A stretch of 63,901 bases of DNA, filler included, from Octopus bimaculoides (GCF_001194135.2; 9 parts of 9 records of this genome joined end to end with filler, not necessarily neighbours in it), one strand, 5' to 3'; positions 1 to 12,943 are shown, counted from the first letter of the whole stretch. Numbers and translations are program-made. The notes: generated by a model from the sequence alone, not told the origin.

Positions 1-12
1 GTGTAGAGAGTA

Positions 13-70
<58 letters not shown>

Positions 71-240
71 ATATATGTATATGTTTGCGTGTATGTTTGT
101 GTATGTATGTTATATCTGTATGGTTACCTATGAACATGTGTTTGTGTGTATGTACATGCGAACGGTGTAGGTTAGATCATGTGACCATTAGGGATTTGAC
201 ATCAAATAGGAATACCAACGCTCAGACCATCATCAGTTAA

Positions 241-305
241 TCTTCGTCACCGCCACCGTCACCACCGTCACCATCCCTCAGATCATCACTACCACCACCA
301 CCACC

Positions 306-360
<55 letters not shown>

Positions 361-730
361 CTACCACCACCATCACCACCCTCATCACCACCACCACCAT
401 GCTCAGATCATCATCATCATCATCATCATCGTCGACGTTGTCGTCATCATCATCACCACTATCATTCTTATCTTCTTTACGTAAATCAAATTCTTCGTTT
501 CCTCCCTCTTCCCCCTCCACCTCCTCCCCGTCACCCTTATTATCATCCAGTTCCTAATTATTATTATCTCGTGCCTCCTTCTTTCTATTATCCTCATCGT
601 TATTCCGATCATCATTTTCAAAATCAACATTGTTGTCCTCGTCGTTTCACTACTGTCACCGCCTCTGACACTGCCACCACCTCAGCAACCACACACACAC
701 ACACCACACAACCAAAACACACACACACAC
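241..730. repeat. (CAC)n/(CAT)n trinucleotide low-complexity tract
   Basis: Runs of caccac, catcat and acac. The overlapping poly-V/M/D ORFs are repeat translations. Confidence 0.9.
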
Positions 731-804
731 GATCGCAGCAACTTTCGTATAGATCTTTCAGTAAAATATCGAGACAACAGACAGACTCACACCTATTTGG
801 TCAT

Positions 805-1100
805 CCTTATTAATTACAATGGCGATATTGAAACTGACGTCAACCATGGAATTGGCAAAGCCACGACGTATTTCAGAGAATGCATGCTCTCCGGTGCTGC
901 AACACCAAAGGCTTACACACGAAGCCATTCCTGCTCTATAATAACATGGTTCTGGTAACAGTTCTCTCTGCCAGTGAGACATGGAAGAGTACCGTGAAAA
1001 GAGAGAGAAAGCTAAATGTTTTCCATTAAAGATGCTTGGGAAGAATTCTGAGAACACGCTGGCAAAAGTACATAACCAACGAGGACATTCTAAAGAGAGC
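805..1100 (+). mobile_element. RTE-clade LINE reverse transcriptase C-terminal relic
   Basis: Frameshifted translation gives DIETDVNHGIGKA...SETWKSTVKR...NVFH*RCLGRILRTRWQKYITNEDILKR, resembling the RTE post-RT region. Confidence 0.75.
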
Positions 1101-1113
1101 TAAGACAAGATTA

Positions 1114-1188
<75 letters not shown>

Positions 1189-1344
1189 TAGATTTAATCA
1201 AAAGATTAAATGTGGTACTTAAAATGTTTGTGGCACCAGAATTTGGTAGGGTAAAAACCAAAGACAAAATCAAGAGATTTGGTGAATTATATATATAACG
1301 TTTTATGTATGTATAATATGACTTTACTAGTATAATGAGTCGAT

Positions 1345-1700
1345 GCCTCCTATCAATATGCACAATTTTCTTTCAAGATGTTCTCCTCCATCACATGTTC
1401 AGTCGGATGGACTGGAAGAGATTCTGCTTCTGGGGACATTTCTTTGCCTCTTGTACCGAAGCACCCTGTTATTATGGCCCTTGTCTCCTGCTGCGTCTGT
1501 TACACTTTACAAACACTGTTTCCATATCTTTGCTATTTGGATAGCTTCTGGCACTCCTTATTATGTGCAAATGTTCCTGTCAGCTGGGCATGACGCATTA
1601 ATCAGGACAGAAGTCATGCTCTATTGACCGTTGATGTTTATGTCAGGTCGCAATCGCAACGACCCTTTTGTCAATATTTTTGCTGATCTTAATATTGGCA
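1345..1700 (-). mobile_element. R4/Dong-type (RLE endonuclease) non-LTR relic
   Basis: Degenerate minus-strand translation RPDIN...LINASCPADRNI...QKLSK...TRAIITGCFG matches the RLE-domain pattern RPD..D.SCP.D.NI..KE.EKL.KY....P.IIGALG. Its 5' junction is next to (TAA)n on the element strand. Confidence 0.6.
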
Positions 1701-1743
1701 CCGCAATTCTTCCCCTTCTCCTTCTTCTCTTCCTTCTTCTGCA

Positions 1744-1810
<67 letters not shown>

Positions 1811-1959
1811 TGAGGCGGGAGCTAATAGAATCGTTACCGCGCTGTACAAAATGCCAAGTGGTGTTTCGTCCGTCTTTACGTTTTGAATTCAAATTCCTCC
1901 GAGATTAACTTTGCATTTCATCTTTTCACGGCCAATGAAATAAGTACCTACTGAGCCCT

Positions 1960-2264
1960 GTTAGGGAGCATTTCGGGTGTTGTGCCGAGTGCACCAATTA
2001 TCACAGGAATGATTGTTGTCTTGGTCTTTCAAAGTCTCCTCGACTTTCTGGCTTGATCTTGATATTTCGCAATTTTTCCACAATTTCTCTGCTATCGACT
2101 CTGCTTTCATAGCGAAATGCAAAATCTATGACCTTCCGCTGTTCATTTTGCTCTCTTTAATCACCTCTGGTCTTCTTGATTTAATAGTATGGTCAGCTTT
2201 TATGGGAATGTCCCACAAGATCTTGTAATTCTTATTTTTCATCACAGCCTCTGGTTCGTGTTCA

Positions 2265-2267
<3 letters not shown>
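1960..2267 (-). mobile_element. R4/Dong-type RLE endonuclease relic
   Basis: Translation YEHEPEAVMKNKNYKILWDIPIKADHTIKSRRPE..., then after a frameshift IDFAF...KLRKYQD...KTKTTIIPVIIGALGTTP. Confidence 0.8.
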
Positions 2268-2353
<86 letters not shown>

Positions 2354-2482
2354 TATTTGATATTATGCCAGAAAATGTGAAATGAAGAATATGAAAATAT
2401 TAACACAAATATTAATTAGAAAATTACTATTTTAAAATCTCACAACGAGACATATAGAGCAACAGTACTTTGGAGTAAAGAA

Positions 2483-2763
2483 TGTTTGCCAACATAACAT
2501 GGCAGTCCTGGTTTAGGACGAATGTTGCTGTAATTTAGCCCCAGGAGACATCGTCTCCAGCTGGCTATACGACACGATCTGTGTACTTATATATATGTAT
2601 ATATATATATATATATTGAGCTGAGTGGGGGTGCTAGATTCCTTTGTTTGAAAATATAAGGACACAGATCGTGTTGTATAACCAGCTAGAGACGATATTT
2701 CCTGGGGCTAAATTACAGCAACATTCGTCCTAAACCAGGACTGCCATGTTATGTTGACAAACA
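2483..2763. repeat. Long inverted repeat (two ~110-bp arms facing a central (TA)n tract)
   Basis: Left arm tgtttgccaacataacatggcagtcctgg...gatctgtgtacttatat and right arm atataaggacacagatc...ctgccatgttatgttgacaaaca are near-perfect reverse complements. Confidence 0.9.
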
Positions 2764-3015
2764 ATCCGTACCACAAATATTAATATACATTTTATTTTCC
2801 AATTAAAGGGTGGGGACTCCCCCTCATATCATTACACATTTTTAATAACAATTCCACATTCATCTTTCAAAACTTTCCATTAAAACTGTGAGAAGAAAAA
2901 TTCCAAATCGGAGATTGTGTTGTATTCAAATATTGGTCTACAGATAAATGTCTAATTTTTTGTTCGGTCACTGGAACCGTTTTGGTCAGACTCAGCAAAT
3001 GAAATAATTTTCAGT

Positions 3016-3316
3016 CGTGGCACTCCATCGGTTGCGACGACGAGGGTTCCAGTTGATCCGATCAACGGAACAGCCTGCTCGTGAAATTAACGTGCAAGTG
3101 GCTGAGCACTCCACAGACACGTGTACCCTTAACGTAGTTCTCGGGGATATTCAGCGTGACACAGAGTGTGACAAGGCTGGCCCCTTTGAAATACAGGAAC
3201 AAGAGAAACAGGAAGAAAGAGTGAGAGAGAGAGAGTACAGCAGGGTTCGCCACCTTCCTCTTCCGGAGGCTCAGGGGGCTTTAGGTGTTTTCGCTCAATA
3301 AACACTCATAACGCCC
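3016..3316 (-). mobile_element. tRNA-derived SINE family A, 5' part lost in gap
   Basis: Reverse complement of the full copy at 37740-38120. Confidence 0.9.
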
Positions 3317-3670
3317 NNNNNNNNNNNNNNNNNNNNNNNNNNNNNNNNNNNNNNNNNNNNTTAATTAATTAANNNNNNNNNNNNNNNNNNNNNNNNNNNN
3401 NNNNNNNNNNNNNNNNCCCCCAATCGCCACGGGTCCTTTTTATGAAATTGCCTTGAATGTTACTCTTCAATACACTGAAAAATTTTGCCCCTGAATCTGC
3501 AGCGCTGAAATTAGGTTGCGTGTGTGTAATGGCTGGCTGTCTTTAATGCCATCAAATCTGGAAACTCTGAAGGCTGCTTGCAAGAGTTGTGTTTTGAAGT
3601 TTTGCTGGTCTTTGTAAGTTACTAGCGACATTCAGTGACACGTAAACTGTTTCTCTCTGCTAAAAACAGA

Positions 3671-3714
<44 letters not shown>

Positions 3715-3799
3715 AGACACACACACACACACACACACACATACTTCTGGTTAAGTCGGTCTTTCTAAAATATTAAATAGATATTAAATACATTATGAA

Positions 3800-4560
3800 T
3801 TTACATCGCCTGGCAAAACAGGCAATAACGTTCATACTATACTGTACTGTTAGTTCGGGGTTGTATCGATTGGTTACGTTCGCATTCGTCTCCGGGAATA
3901 GAAAAGCAACAGAAACATAATCTGATTAGCATATTAAAATTAATGTTAAAATACAGAATGCATCATTGATCCCGAGCCTCGTCATTTTACGTTGAAGATA
4001 ATGCGAGAGGCTTTTTCTCATTTAGATAAACGTCTTGTTTTATTTGAGGAAATGGATCCCAGTGCAGAACGTTTTATAAAAGAATTGGGGATTGTCAAGA
4101 AACTGTTGCAGCTTATTATCTAATCCTTGAAGAGAAGAAGAAGAAAAAGACAAGTCAATGAACTTTAGACAAGTTCGCACAACGATCTACCGATCGCCGT
4201 CACAACAGGAGTCAGCAGACGATTCCCAACCATCGGCATCTAGTGTGTAATCTCCTCCTCTTCCTCCTCATCGGCTGCGCATATTCATGAAAGAAGTGGA
4301 CATTGAGGACAAAATTAGCTGAAGGGAGACTCACCTTCTCCTCAAGGAACCGAACTGATATTCTTTGAGGTAATTATAAAGAACGAAAAAAAAAAAAAAC
4401 CAATAAAATGCCATCAAATACGGCGAGTGTTTTCCAGATGAAAACGTGAAATGGTTTCTCTTTAGAGGAAAGTGAACGCGTTTTCACGCGCAAAATGTGA
4501 AACATTTATTAATCCCCCCCCTTTGATATACAAATGGTAAACAGATCAAATATCTTTAAA
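3800..4560. promoter_or_regulatory. Non-repetitive CpG-containing island, candidate promoter/first-exon region (possibly of ELOC, possibly bidirectional)
   Basis: Unique CpG-rich sequence upstream of the ELOC exon. It has a plus-strand donor-like GAG|gtaatt at 4369/4370 and a consensus minus-strand donor AAG|gtgagt at 4335/4334. No transcript evidence. Confidence 0.3.
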
Positions 4561-5372
4561 TAAATGGACAAATCTATCAATATTATTTAAAATGACAAAG
4601 GTGGCAAAGTGACGGAATCATTAGTGCGTCGGACAAAATGTTTAATGGTCTTTTGTGCGTCTTTACGTTCTGAATTCAAANNNNNNNNNNNNNNNNNNNN
4701 NNNNNNNNNNNNNNNNNNNNNNNNNNNNNNNNNNNNNNNNNNNNNNNNNNNNNNNNNNNNNNNNNNNNNNNNNNNNNNNNNNNNNNNNNNNNNNNNNNNN
4801 NNNNNNNNNNNNNNNNNNNNNNNNNNNNNNNNNNNNNNNNNNNNNNNNNNNNNNNNNNNNNNNNNNNNNNNNNNNNNNNNNNNNNNNNNNNNNNNNNNNN
4901 NNNNNNNNNNNNNNNNNNNNNNNNNNNNNNNNNNNNNNNNNNNNNNNNNNNNNNNNNNNNNNNNNNNNNNNNNNNNNNNNNNNNNNNNNNNNNNNNNNNN
5001 NNNNNNNNNNNNNNNNNNNNNNNNNNNNNNNNNNNNNNNNNNNNNNNNNNNNNNNNNNNNNNNNNNNNNNNNNNNNNNNNNNNNNNNNNNNNNNNNNNNN
5101 NNNNNNNNNNNNNNNNNNNNNNNNNNNNNNNNNNNNNNNNNNNNNNNNNNNNNNNNNNNNNNNNNNNNNNNNNNNNNNNNNNNNNNNNNNNNNNNNNNNN
5201 NNNNNNNNNNNNNNNNNNNNNNNNNNNNNNNNNNNNNNNNNNNNNNNNNNNNNNNNNNNNNNNNNNNNNNNNNNNNNNNNNNNNNNNNNNNNNNNNNNNN
5301 NNNNNNNNNNNNNNNNNNNNNNNNNNNNNNNNNNNNNNNNNNNNNNNNNNNNNNNNNNNNNNNNNNNNNNNN

Positions 5373-5417
<45 letters not shown>

Positions 5418-6526
5418 TACATGTATGTGTGTGTGTATATATATATGTATGTATGTATTAATAACCCCACCCCCACCCCCCACACGTGCATATATATATT
5501 AACAGTCACTGGGTGTTAATGCTGAAAGTAGAAAAGGTCGGTGACCGTAAATATAGGCTGACTTGATTCATCTGGTTGAGACGAGTGGAAGAGTGCAATG
5601 AATGGTTAGTGATTGTGCTGGGATAAGGTGTTAGACTGGGGTGGGGGTGGGGTACTGTGGTGATGGTGGTGGTAGTGGTGGTGAGGAGGAGATATTACCC
5701 CATGATCTTTGCAGTTAGAGCTTTTCTGGGGAAACTGATTTAGATAAGGGTCAAGTTGGTTAAGTTTACAGGTTATTGTGNNNNNNNNNNNNNNNNNNNN
5801 NNNNNNNNNNNNNNNNNNNNNNNNTTAATTAATTAANNNNNNNNNNNNNNNNNNNNNNNNNNNNNNNNNNNNNNNNNNNNTTACAAATTTTTACAAAATT
5901 TTTTCAATTCTGTCTTCTGCATAATGGAATTGATATGATTGTGCAACAACAAAAGAATCTCCCGTCCCTCACAATTTTTTTTTAAATTTGTTTGTTTTAA
6001 AATACAGACAGTCTGAATCTACCATTTGTTTCTCTTCTTAATTGCCAAATAATTTTTTAATACTTTTATAGAAGAAAGTCAACTGACGGTCTTCGCACTT
6101 TTCACATAATCCTGGAATTTATGTGAAATGCCAGTGACATGCTGCATGTCCTTTGGCAATATAAGCAGACAGTTGGAAGAGTGATGAAGAAGTTTGGGAT
6201 ACTTGTGATTGTCGTAACCAATGATGTGCCAGTTTTTTGTGTGTATGTGCGTGTATAAAGATATAATTAAAATAATGCGTATACACCCACGTATATATAC
6301 ATATATATATATACACATACAACAAAGCCTCATGGTGTGAATTTTCAAAAACTCCTTTAGGGACAAACAATTTCCATAATGAATTCCAATTTAATCAGAA
6401 TCTACTTGATCTGAAGCATATTTGTAGAAAAGAAATATTAAATTTTCTCAAGGTTATGAAGAAGCAAATCTTTGGGGCACAATTGTATATATAGATATGC
6501 CAAAATATTGTCCCATTTTTTAATTT

Positions 6527-6559
<33 letters not shown>

Positions 6560-6830
6560 GCGTACGTACACTTTGGTCTCTTATATGTAAGTATATATTT
6601 ATCTAAATCTTATACGACTCTATTCTTTTATTCTTTCCTTCTTTCTATCAGCCCTTTCACACTTACTTCATTCCACTCTTTGTTCTTTCATTCCCCCTCT
6701 CTCACATTTCCTTGCCTTCTCTTCATGCTCACTTTCTCTCCTCTTTTCACTTCACTGTCCTTGTTTTCTTTGTATCGGCTATCTGGATGTTTTGCAGTCT
6801 TGTCCCATTTTGTATTATATATATATATAT

Positions 6831-6935
6831 ATCATCATCATCATCATCATCGTTTAACGTCTGCTTTCCATGCAAGCATGGGTTGGACGATTTGACTGAG
6901 GACTGGTGAAACCGGATGCCCTTCCTAACGCCAAA
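6831..6935 (-). mobile_element. (GAT)n-tailed short repeat family (3' end)
   Basis: atcatcatcgtttaacgtctgctttccatgcaagcatgggttggacg recurs reverse-complemented at 53490-53590 and in related form at 50350-50590 and 55723-56165. Confidence 0.7.
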
Positions 6936-7157
6936 TATATATATATTTATATTATTATAAGATCTGGTAATTAGTCATATATTAATATATTAATTAATAT
7001 CGATTAATTATCAGGGGGCCAGCACATTTAAAGAATCAGAGATTCAGAAATATTATCTGCAATCTCAAGACCTAAAAAGTTCTCAACATGAAATATAGCA
7101 GCATACCAAAAACGTGAGCGGGCAAGACATTTAAAATCATCTAAAAAAATCATTATT

Positions 7158-7223
7158 AAACAGGAACCAGGTTTCGGATTTAACAAATTCTTACCATTTG
7201 TCTATTCCTCATCAGCCTGATTT
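7158..7223 (-). ncRNA. Type I minimal hammerhead ribozyme motif (family 1)
   Basis: Minus strand reads aaatcagg CUGAUGA GGAAUAGACAAAU..AUUUGUUAAAUCC GAAA C CUG G UU / CCUGUUU. Core intact, stem I CAGG/CCUG, stem II 11 of 13 pairs. Confidence 0.75.
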
Positions 7224-10200
7224 GTAATGTAACAGCAATTATCAGAATCGTATACATAGTTGCCCACCGCCATGGGTGCGCGTGCATATGGTTCTGCTAA
7301 TTACAGCTTANNNNNNNNNNNNNNNNNNNNNNNNNNNNNNNNNNNNNNNNNNNNNNNNNNNNNNNNNNNNNNNNNNNNNNNNNNNNNNNNNNNNNNNNNN
7401 NNNNNNNNNNNNNNNNNNNNNNNNNNNNNNNNNNNNNNNNNNNNNNNNNNNNNNNNNNNNNNNNNNNNNNNNNNNNNNNNNNNNNNNNNNNNNNNNNNNN
7501 NNNNNNNNNNNNNNNNNNNNNNNNNNNNNNNNNNNNNNNNNNNNNNNNNNNNNNNNNNNNNNNNNNNNNNNNNNNNNNNNNNNNNNNNNNNNNNNNNNNN
7601 NNNNNNNNNNNNNNNNNNNNNNNNNNNNNNNNNNNNNNNNNNNNNNNNNNNNNNNNNNNNNNNNNNNNNNNNNNNNNNNNNNNNNNNNNNNNNNNNNNNN
7701 NNNNNNNNNNNNNNNNNNNNNNNNNNNNNNNNNNNNNNNNNNNNNNNNNNNNNNNNNNNNNNNNNNNNNNNNNNNNNNNNNNNNNNNNNNNNNNNNNNNN
7801 NNNNNNNNNNNNNNNNNNNNNNNNNNNNNNNNNNNNNNNNNNNNNNNNNNNNNNNNNNNNNNNNNNNNNNNNNNNNNNNNNNNNATATATATATATATAT
7901 ATATATACATACAAGGATGTATATAAAACTCTGTAAAAAAATGTATGTGTGTGTGTATATCTACTTGTATCTTTCTGTATGCATTTATACATGTATATGT
8001 ATTTAGTTTCAGAAGATATTAGAATAATGGAATAAAAGTCAGTCATAACAAGAGATCTCCCAAAAATCTATTTCCTTAATTTTCAACTACTGTTTCTGGC
8101 ACACAATTTTAATTTTGAAGTATTTAAAAAACTATTTGGAAATTATAAAGAGAAACAAATGGGAGATTCAGACTGTCCATATTTTAAAACCACAAATTAA
8201 AAAAGAATTCTGTGTGTCAAATTTTTTCTCCAGATGTTTATGGCTTCATAGGAATAAGCATGGAAAACTACATCAAGATAACCAATTGTCAGGCTTTTTA
8301 CTGCCTTTTAAAAAATGCAGACTTTGTGAATGAAACAAACTAGATCCTGAATAAGAAATGAATGTTTAATATGACAAATTTTCAGATTTTTTTACATCAT
8401 TTTAAAAGGGGGCTGATTTTTGTTACTTAAATGAAGTACATATGTATTTCACCAATTTCTATCAAATACACTCTCTTTCTTGAACATAAAAAATCCTCTT
8501 CCTGGGTGACAATAACTCGTATGTCAAATTGTTGCGCAACTTTTAGCTGTTTTGATAAGGGAAATAGGAAAGGTTTGAAATGATTTCATCGGCATTTACT
8601 TGCACCAAAGAGAACTTATTTTGATAGACAACACATTGACCTCATAAGTGTCGCAATTTTGCATTTCAATTTGTACATCTGTACTCCCAACTGTGTACAA
8701 GCGCATATGTAAAATGACGCCCTTTATTTTTTAATCATTATCTGGTGATATCAAAATAAGTAGTATATTGAAAAATAAAAATTGGGGGGGGGGGCATTTG
8801 TGATTCCAAGGGTCAAAAGAGGGCCTTTGGCCAAAATGGGTTGAGAACCTTTGCCCTAGAGGATTCATCAGGTCATTTGTATCACAGAACTCTCTTCATT
8901 TCTAGATCCAAAGCTATTGACTCCATGTACACCATGGAATCCATCAGTGGTGCCCAACATGTCTGTTAAAGTTACCAGTCACAAAGATTAGAACATTGAC
9001 ATTTAGCATCATCATCATTATTACTATTCTATACAGTTTGTCTGTAAAAGTTACTCTCTCTCAACCAGAGGCAAATGATGTAGCTCCATCTCCCACACTC
9101 CTCACTCAGTAATAACACTGAATACAGGCAGAAAGACTTCTTTTGATGTAAGGTATTTTGCAGCTTCACTATCAACATGTGACTGTAACATTTGTCACCT
9201 ATCAGTCTATTTCAATGTAAGTTGAAAGGTATGGCATAAATTGTACTTGTCTAGCATCAAAATATTGACCATTTTATTGAATAAAATGCATTACATTGGC
9301 ATGTTTGTCATGAATTGCTAACCTTTTTTGGGTGGTTAGTGCCTACTTTGCATCTTCTACATTGAAATTCTTTCTGAAATCTGTCAATAACTAAGTTGGT
9401 CCAAATGGTTTTTTATACTTCTAATATTTTTTACATTATCATCAACTTAGAGGGGAAATCCAGGAAAGATTTGGAACAATTAGTTCAGTGTTCATCATCA
9501 TTTAATGTGCATTTTCCATGCACATTAACCCCTTGCAGGTGGGAAATGGTACAGTGTGTGTGTTGCTGGACAATGGCTGAGGCCGTTGCCACATTAGTGT
9601 ACAGTTGCATAGTGGCTATGGCTGCAACCTACTTTTCTGTTAGGAATTTCTGATAATAGTGGATGATGGCTATGGCTGCAACCTACATTTCTGTTTGGAA
9701 TTTCGGATAAGCTGGGTTTTTTTAGTTATTGTTATGTGAAGCCCACAGATGAGGTTATATGCAAGTGATTGGTGTATAGTCAAACATATCTCTGTTGTTA
9801 GTGTGAAAGAGTGAATATTACTTCCACTCAGAAGCTTGCAAAAGTGAATAATACTTCTGCTCAGTTTCATAAACCAGAGCGATCTGTAAGAGCATTGATA
9901 TTGCTATTGACTTCTTCATTAATTTTCTCACAATCAGTATGCCTCTGAAATATAAAGTTCAGAGGCACAAGGAACTGGTTGTGATGACACACTATAAAAT
10001 TCCATGTATGAAAAATTATGTAGTCACTGAATGGCCTAATACCAGCACACAGCCCAGGCTGCCAGTACTAAATCCATCTGCAAGGGATTAACAGAAACTG
10101 ACAAATCAGAAGGCTACCCCAGGGAGAAGTATTGAGGAACAAAAGAAGAGGAGAAACATGGCTACCCTAAGCAGAGAGGGAGAGAGTGAAAATGTAGTGG

Positions 10201-10975
10201 ACCAGGGATTGCAAAAGGAGAGTGGGAGCATGGAGTAGGGATGATGAGTGAGCACAGGTAAAGGGAAGGGGTATTAGGATATGTTATGAAGAAGGGATTC
10301 AACAGGAACATATTTTGTACAGCTAGGTACATGAGAGAGAATGGAGTGTGGGGAGTATGATGGTAGTGAGGGTTAGGCATAGACATAAGGATCATGCCTT
10401 TGTGTCCTGGATTTTAGCTGGGTGTGCCTCCTCAAGCACAGCAAATCACTAAATGTCTTGGTCTTTTGTCACCTCTGTGAGGCTCAACATCTGCTGATCA
10501 TTTCCTACCTCGTCATCCCATGTCTTCTTGGTTCTTCCTCTTCCACAAGTTCCCTCCCCATTTAGAGATCAGTAAAAAGTAATGGGTTTTGAGTTTTGGG
10601 CACAGGTCATAACTGATTGAGTAGACCTATGATTGGAAGCTGTGCGGCTACTATCCGATTGGAATTGTGAATCTAGGACTGCATTATCTAACGTATCTTT
10701 TTTTTTAAAAAAAACTGTGAAATATACTTTAAGGGATATTTGGCTGTGATTCCTAACATGTTGAATGACATAGATGAGCCTTTGTTGGCTCCTGATAGGT
10801 TTAACCAGCAACAAAGGTAGTACAAATGTAAGCAAACTAATTTCCAAATCTAACCAACACAACATAGGAAACTATTCATCATGAGAATTGTAGCACAAGT
10901 TTTTTTTTTCTTTTTACTAAGATTTTGTGTATAAAAATTAATGTTATTTTTAAACCTCATTTTCCTCTTTTTCAG

Positions 10976-11024
10976 GTCAGTTCTCTGAGAACGAGACTAA
11001 TGAGATCAATTTCCGTGAGATTCC
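10976..11024 (+). CDS. ELOC: Elongin C internal coding exon (G)QFSENETNEINFREI(P)
   Basis: Polypyrimidine tract + ttcag acceptor, gtaagt donor. The translation matches the Elongin C segment GQFAENETNEVNFREIP as I recall it. The other coding exons are not visible and probably lie in N-gaps. Confidence 0.93.
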
Positions 11025-11104
11025 GTAAGTGTACTTTTATTCTTGCCCTCTGAATCAAGTGTAAAACACCCTCAAATGTAACTAAATAAAAAGATTATTG
11101 TATA

Positions 11105-12352
11105 TGCAAGGTGAATTCAAAAATTATCCATTAAAAAAAATTTTCACAAATTTTATTTAATCACCTTCAAAATATTTCCTTTGAGAGTTCATACACTTCT
11201 CCTAGCTGTTCTGCCATTACTGGTAACACCTCTGGATCGATATGGAGCTTTGCCATCATTTTTCTCATGATTTCCTCTTGTGACTCAAATCGCTTCCCTT
11301 TCAGCATGGTTTTCAGTTTGGGAAAGAAGACCTAGAAGTCACATTGTGCCAGCCTGTCGAACAAGTGATGTGCTGTTCTTTACCAGGAAAGCTTGGATTA
11401 TGTGGGTGGAATGAGCAGGCGCATTGTTGTGAAGTGGCTTATTCTTCAGCACCCACATGTTCAGACACTTTCGATGCACACATGTTCAGTCATTTTTGGT
11501 ACACAGCACCATGAAGGCAACACATAACTGCCTGCTAGTATTTCATATTGATTGTTTGGCCTTGTAGTACCTATTCATGATGCACAATACCATGGGAGTC
11601 AAAGAAACAGGTCGACATTACCTTCACATTGTTGTGAACCTGTTGTGCTTTTTAAGCCTTGATGATGACAGACGCTTCCATTGGGAAGTCTGGAACTTGG
11701 GTTTTTAATCATAACCATAAACCCATGTCTCATCACCAGTGCAACATGTCTTCAGTGATTTCCATGCAGAGTTGCTTCTGCTGCTCAACCAGCACCTTGG
11801 CGAATTTTGCTGACACTCTCCACATACATAAATATTCTGTTAAAATGGAGTGCACTGATCCTGTGCTTATTCCCCCTTTGTGAGCAGTTTCCTGAATTGT
11901 TACATGACAGTCTTCCATGTCTATTCGCTGAACCTTCTCAATCGGCTCCTTATTTCAGCTTATGGATGGCCTACCTAAGCGTGCCTCGCTCTCCACTGAG
12001 GTGCAGCCATGTTTGAAGCGGTTGTACCACCCCTTGATCTGAGTTTTGCCCATAACATCATCGCCAAGGGCCACCTGAATTTTCTGAATGGTTTGAGCTT
12101 GAGTATCATCAAGCTTTTGGCAAAAATTGATGCAGTATCTCTCTGCTTGGTGTGTTTGGTCATCTTATGTGAAAACGAGAATCCAGCGAGTACGCATTAC
12201 ACATCTGTACTCTAGGTATAACAGCTGAGAACTGGACCTACTGGTGCAAAAATTTTCACACATGTGCAGGAATACCCAAAGGATTCTGCCCATGTGGTAT
12301 TGATTTTGGTGGGGAAAAAATAAAGTCAGATACTTTTTGAATGCACCTCGTG
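11105..12352 (-). mobile_element. Near full-length decayed mariner (Tc1/mariner) transposon
   Basis: Degenerate TIRs (TA-TGCAAGGTGAATTCAAAAATTATCC vs TA-CACGAGGTGCATTCAAAAAGTATCT) with TA flanks, ~1.25 kb. Frameshifted transposase: QRYCINFCQKL...WYNRFK..., HVTIQETA...ISTGSVHSILTEYL..WRVSAKF. Confidence 0.85.
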
Positions 12353-12906
12353 TATTAAATATTTAATACATACATCACATATTTATAACAGAATTTGTCT
12401 TGGCAGAGCCAATTTAGCCATCTAAAAGCAGAAAATCTGTAAAATTCATTTCTCAATTTTTTCTTGGGTTTGTCACACCTGTTGTGACTTGATCACTGAC
12501 ACAGTTGTCTTAACTCAGTTTCCACTGGTAGCTGCTGTAATAGTATAGTCAGGAGGAAAGACAGCATCTTTGACTTTTTTTTCATAGCCTCTGAAACAGT
12601 CAAGGCCAAGTTATTGTATAAAGGAGTGGACTCCAGGCACCCAAGGTCCAGCTGGTGATGTTAAACCACATCAAAGATGATATGTACTAGTTGTACAAAA
12701 AGTGAAATGTTTAGTTACACTGGACATTCTGGAGCCTGTATTTTGTCCTTTCAGAGTTGACCATCTGTTATAAATTTAAACTACATGCATAACTAAACAA
12801 ATGGTAGTTATTGTACAAAGCCACAATAGGTACAGACACAGCTGTTTGATTAAGAAGTTTTACTTCACAACCACTTGACTTTTGGGTACAGACCCACTGA
12901 TGTGTT

Positions 12907-12943
<37 letters not shown>

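Noticed and set aside
3361-3372. ttaattaattaa islands inside N runs (also near 5825, 22095, 28033, 41657, 50170, 59696 and 62699)
   Set aside because: An identical 12-mer with stops in all frames, always centred in N padding, is an assembly gap spacer and not biology.
6079-6370. Non-repetitive-looking ORFs (WHIIGYDNHKYPKLL...)
   Set aside because: They start within a microsatellite, have no recognisable domain and show no coherent splice sites.
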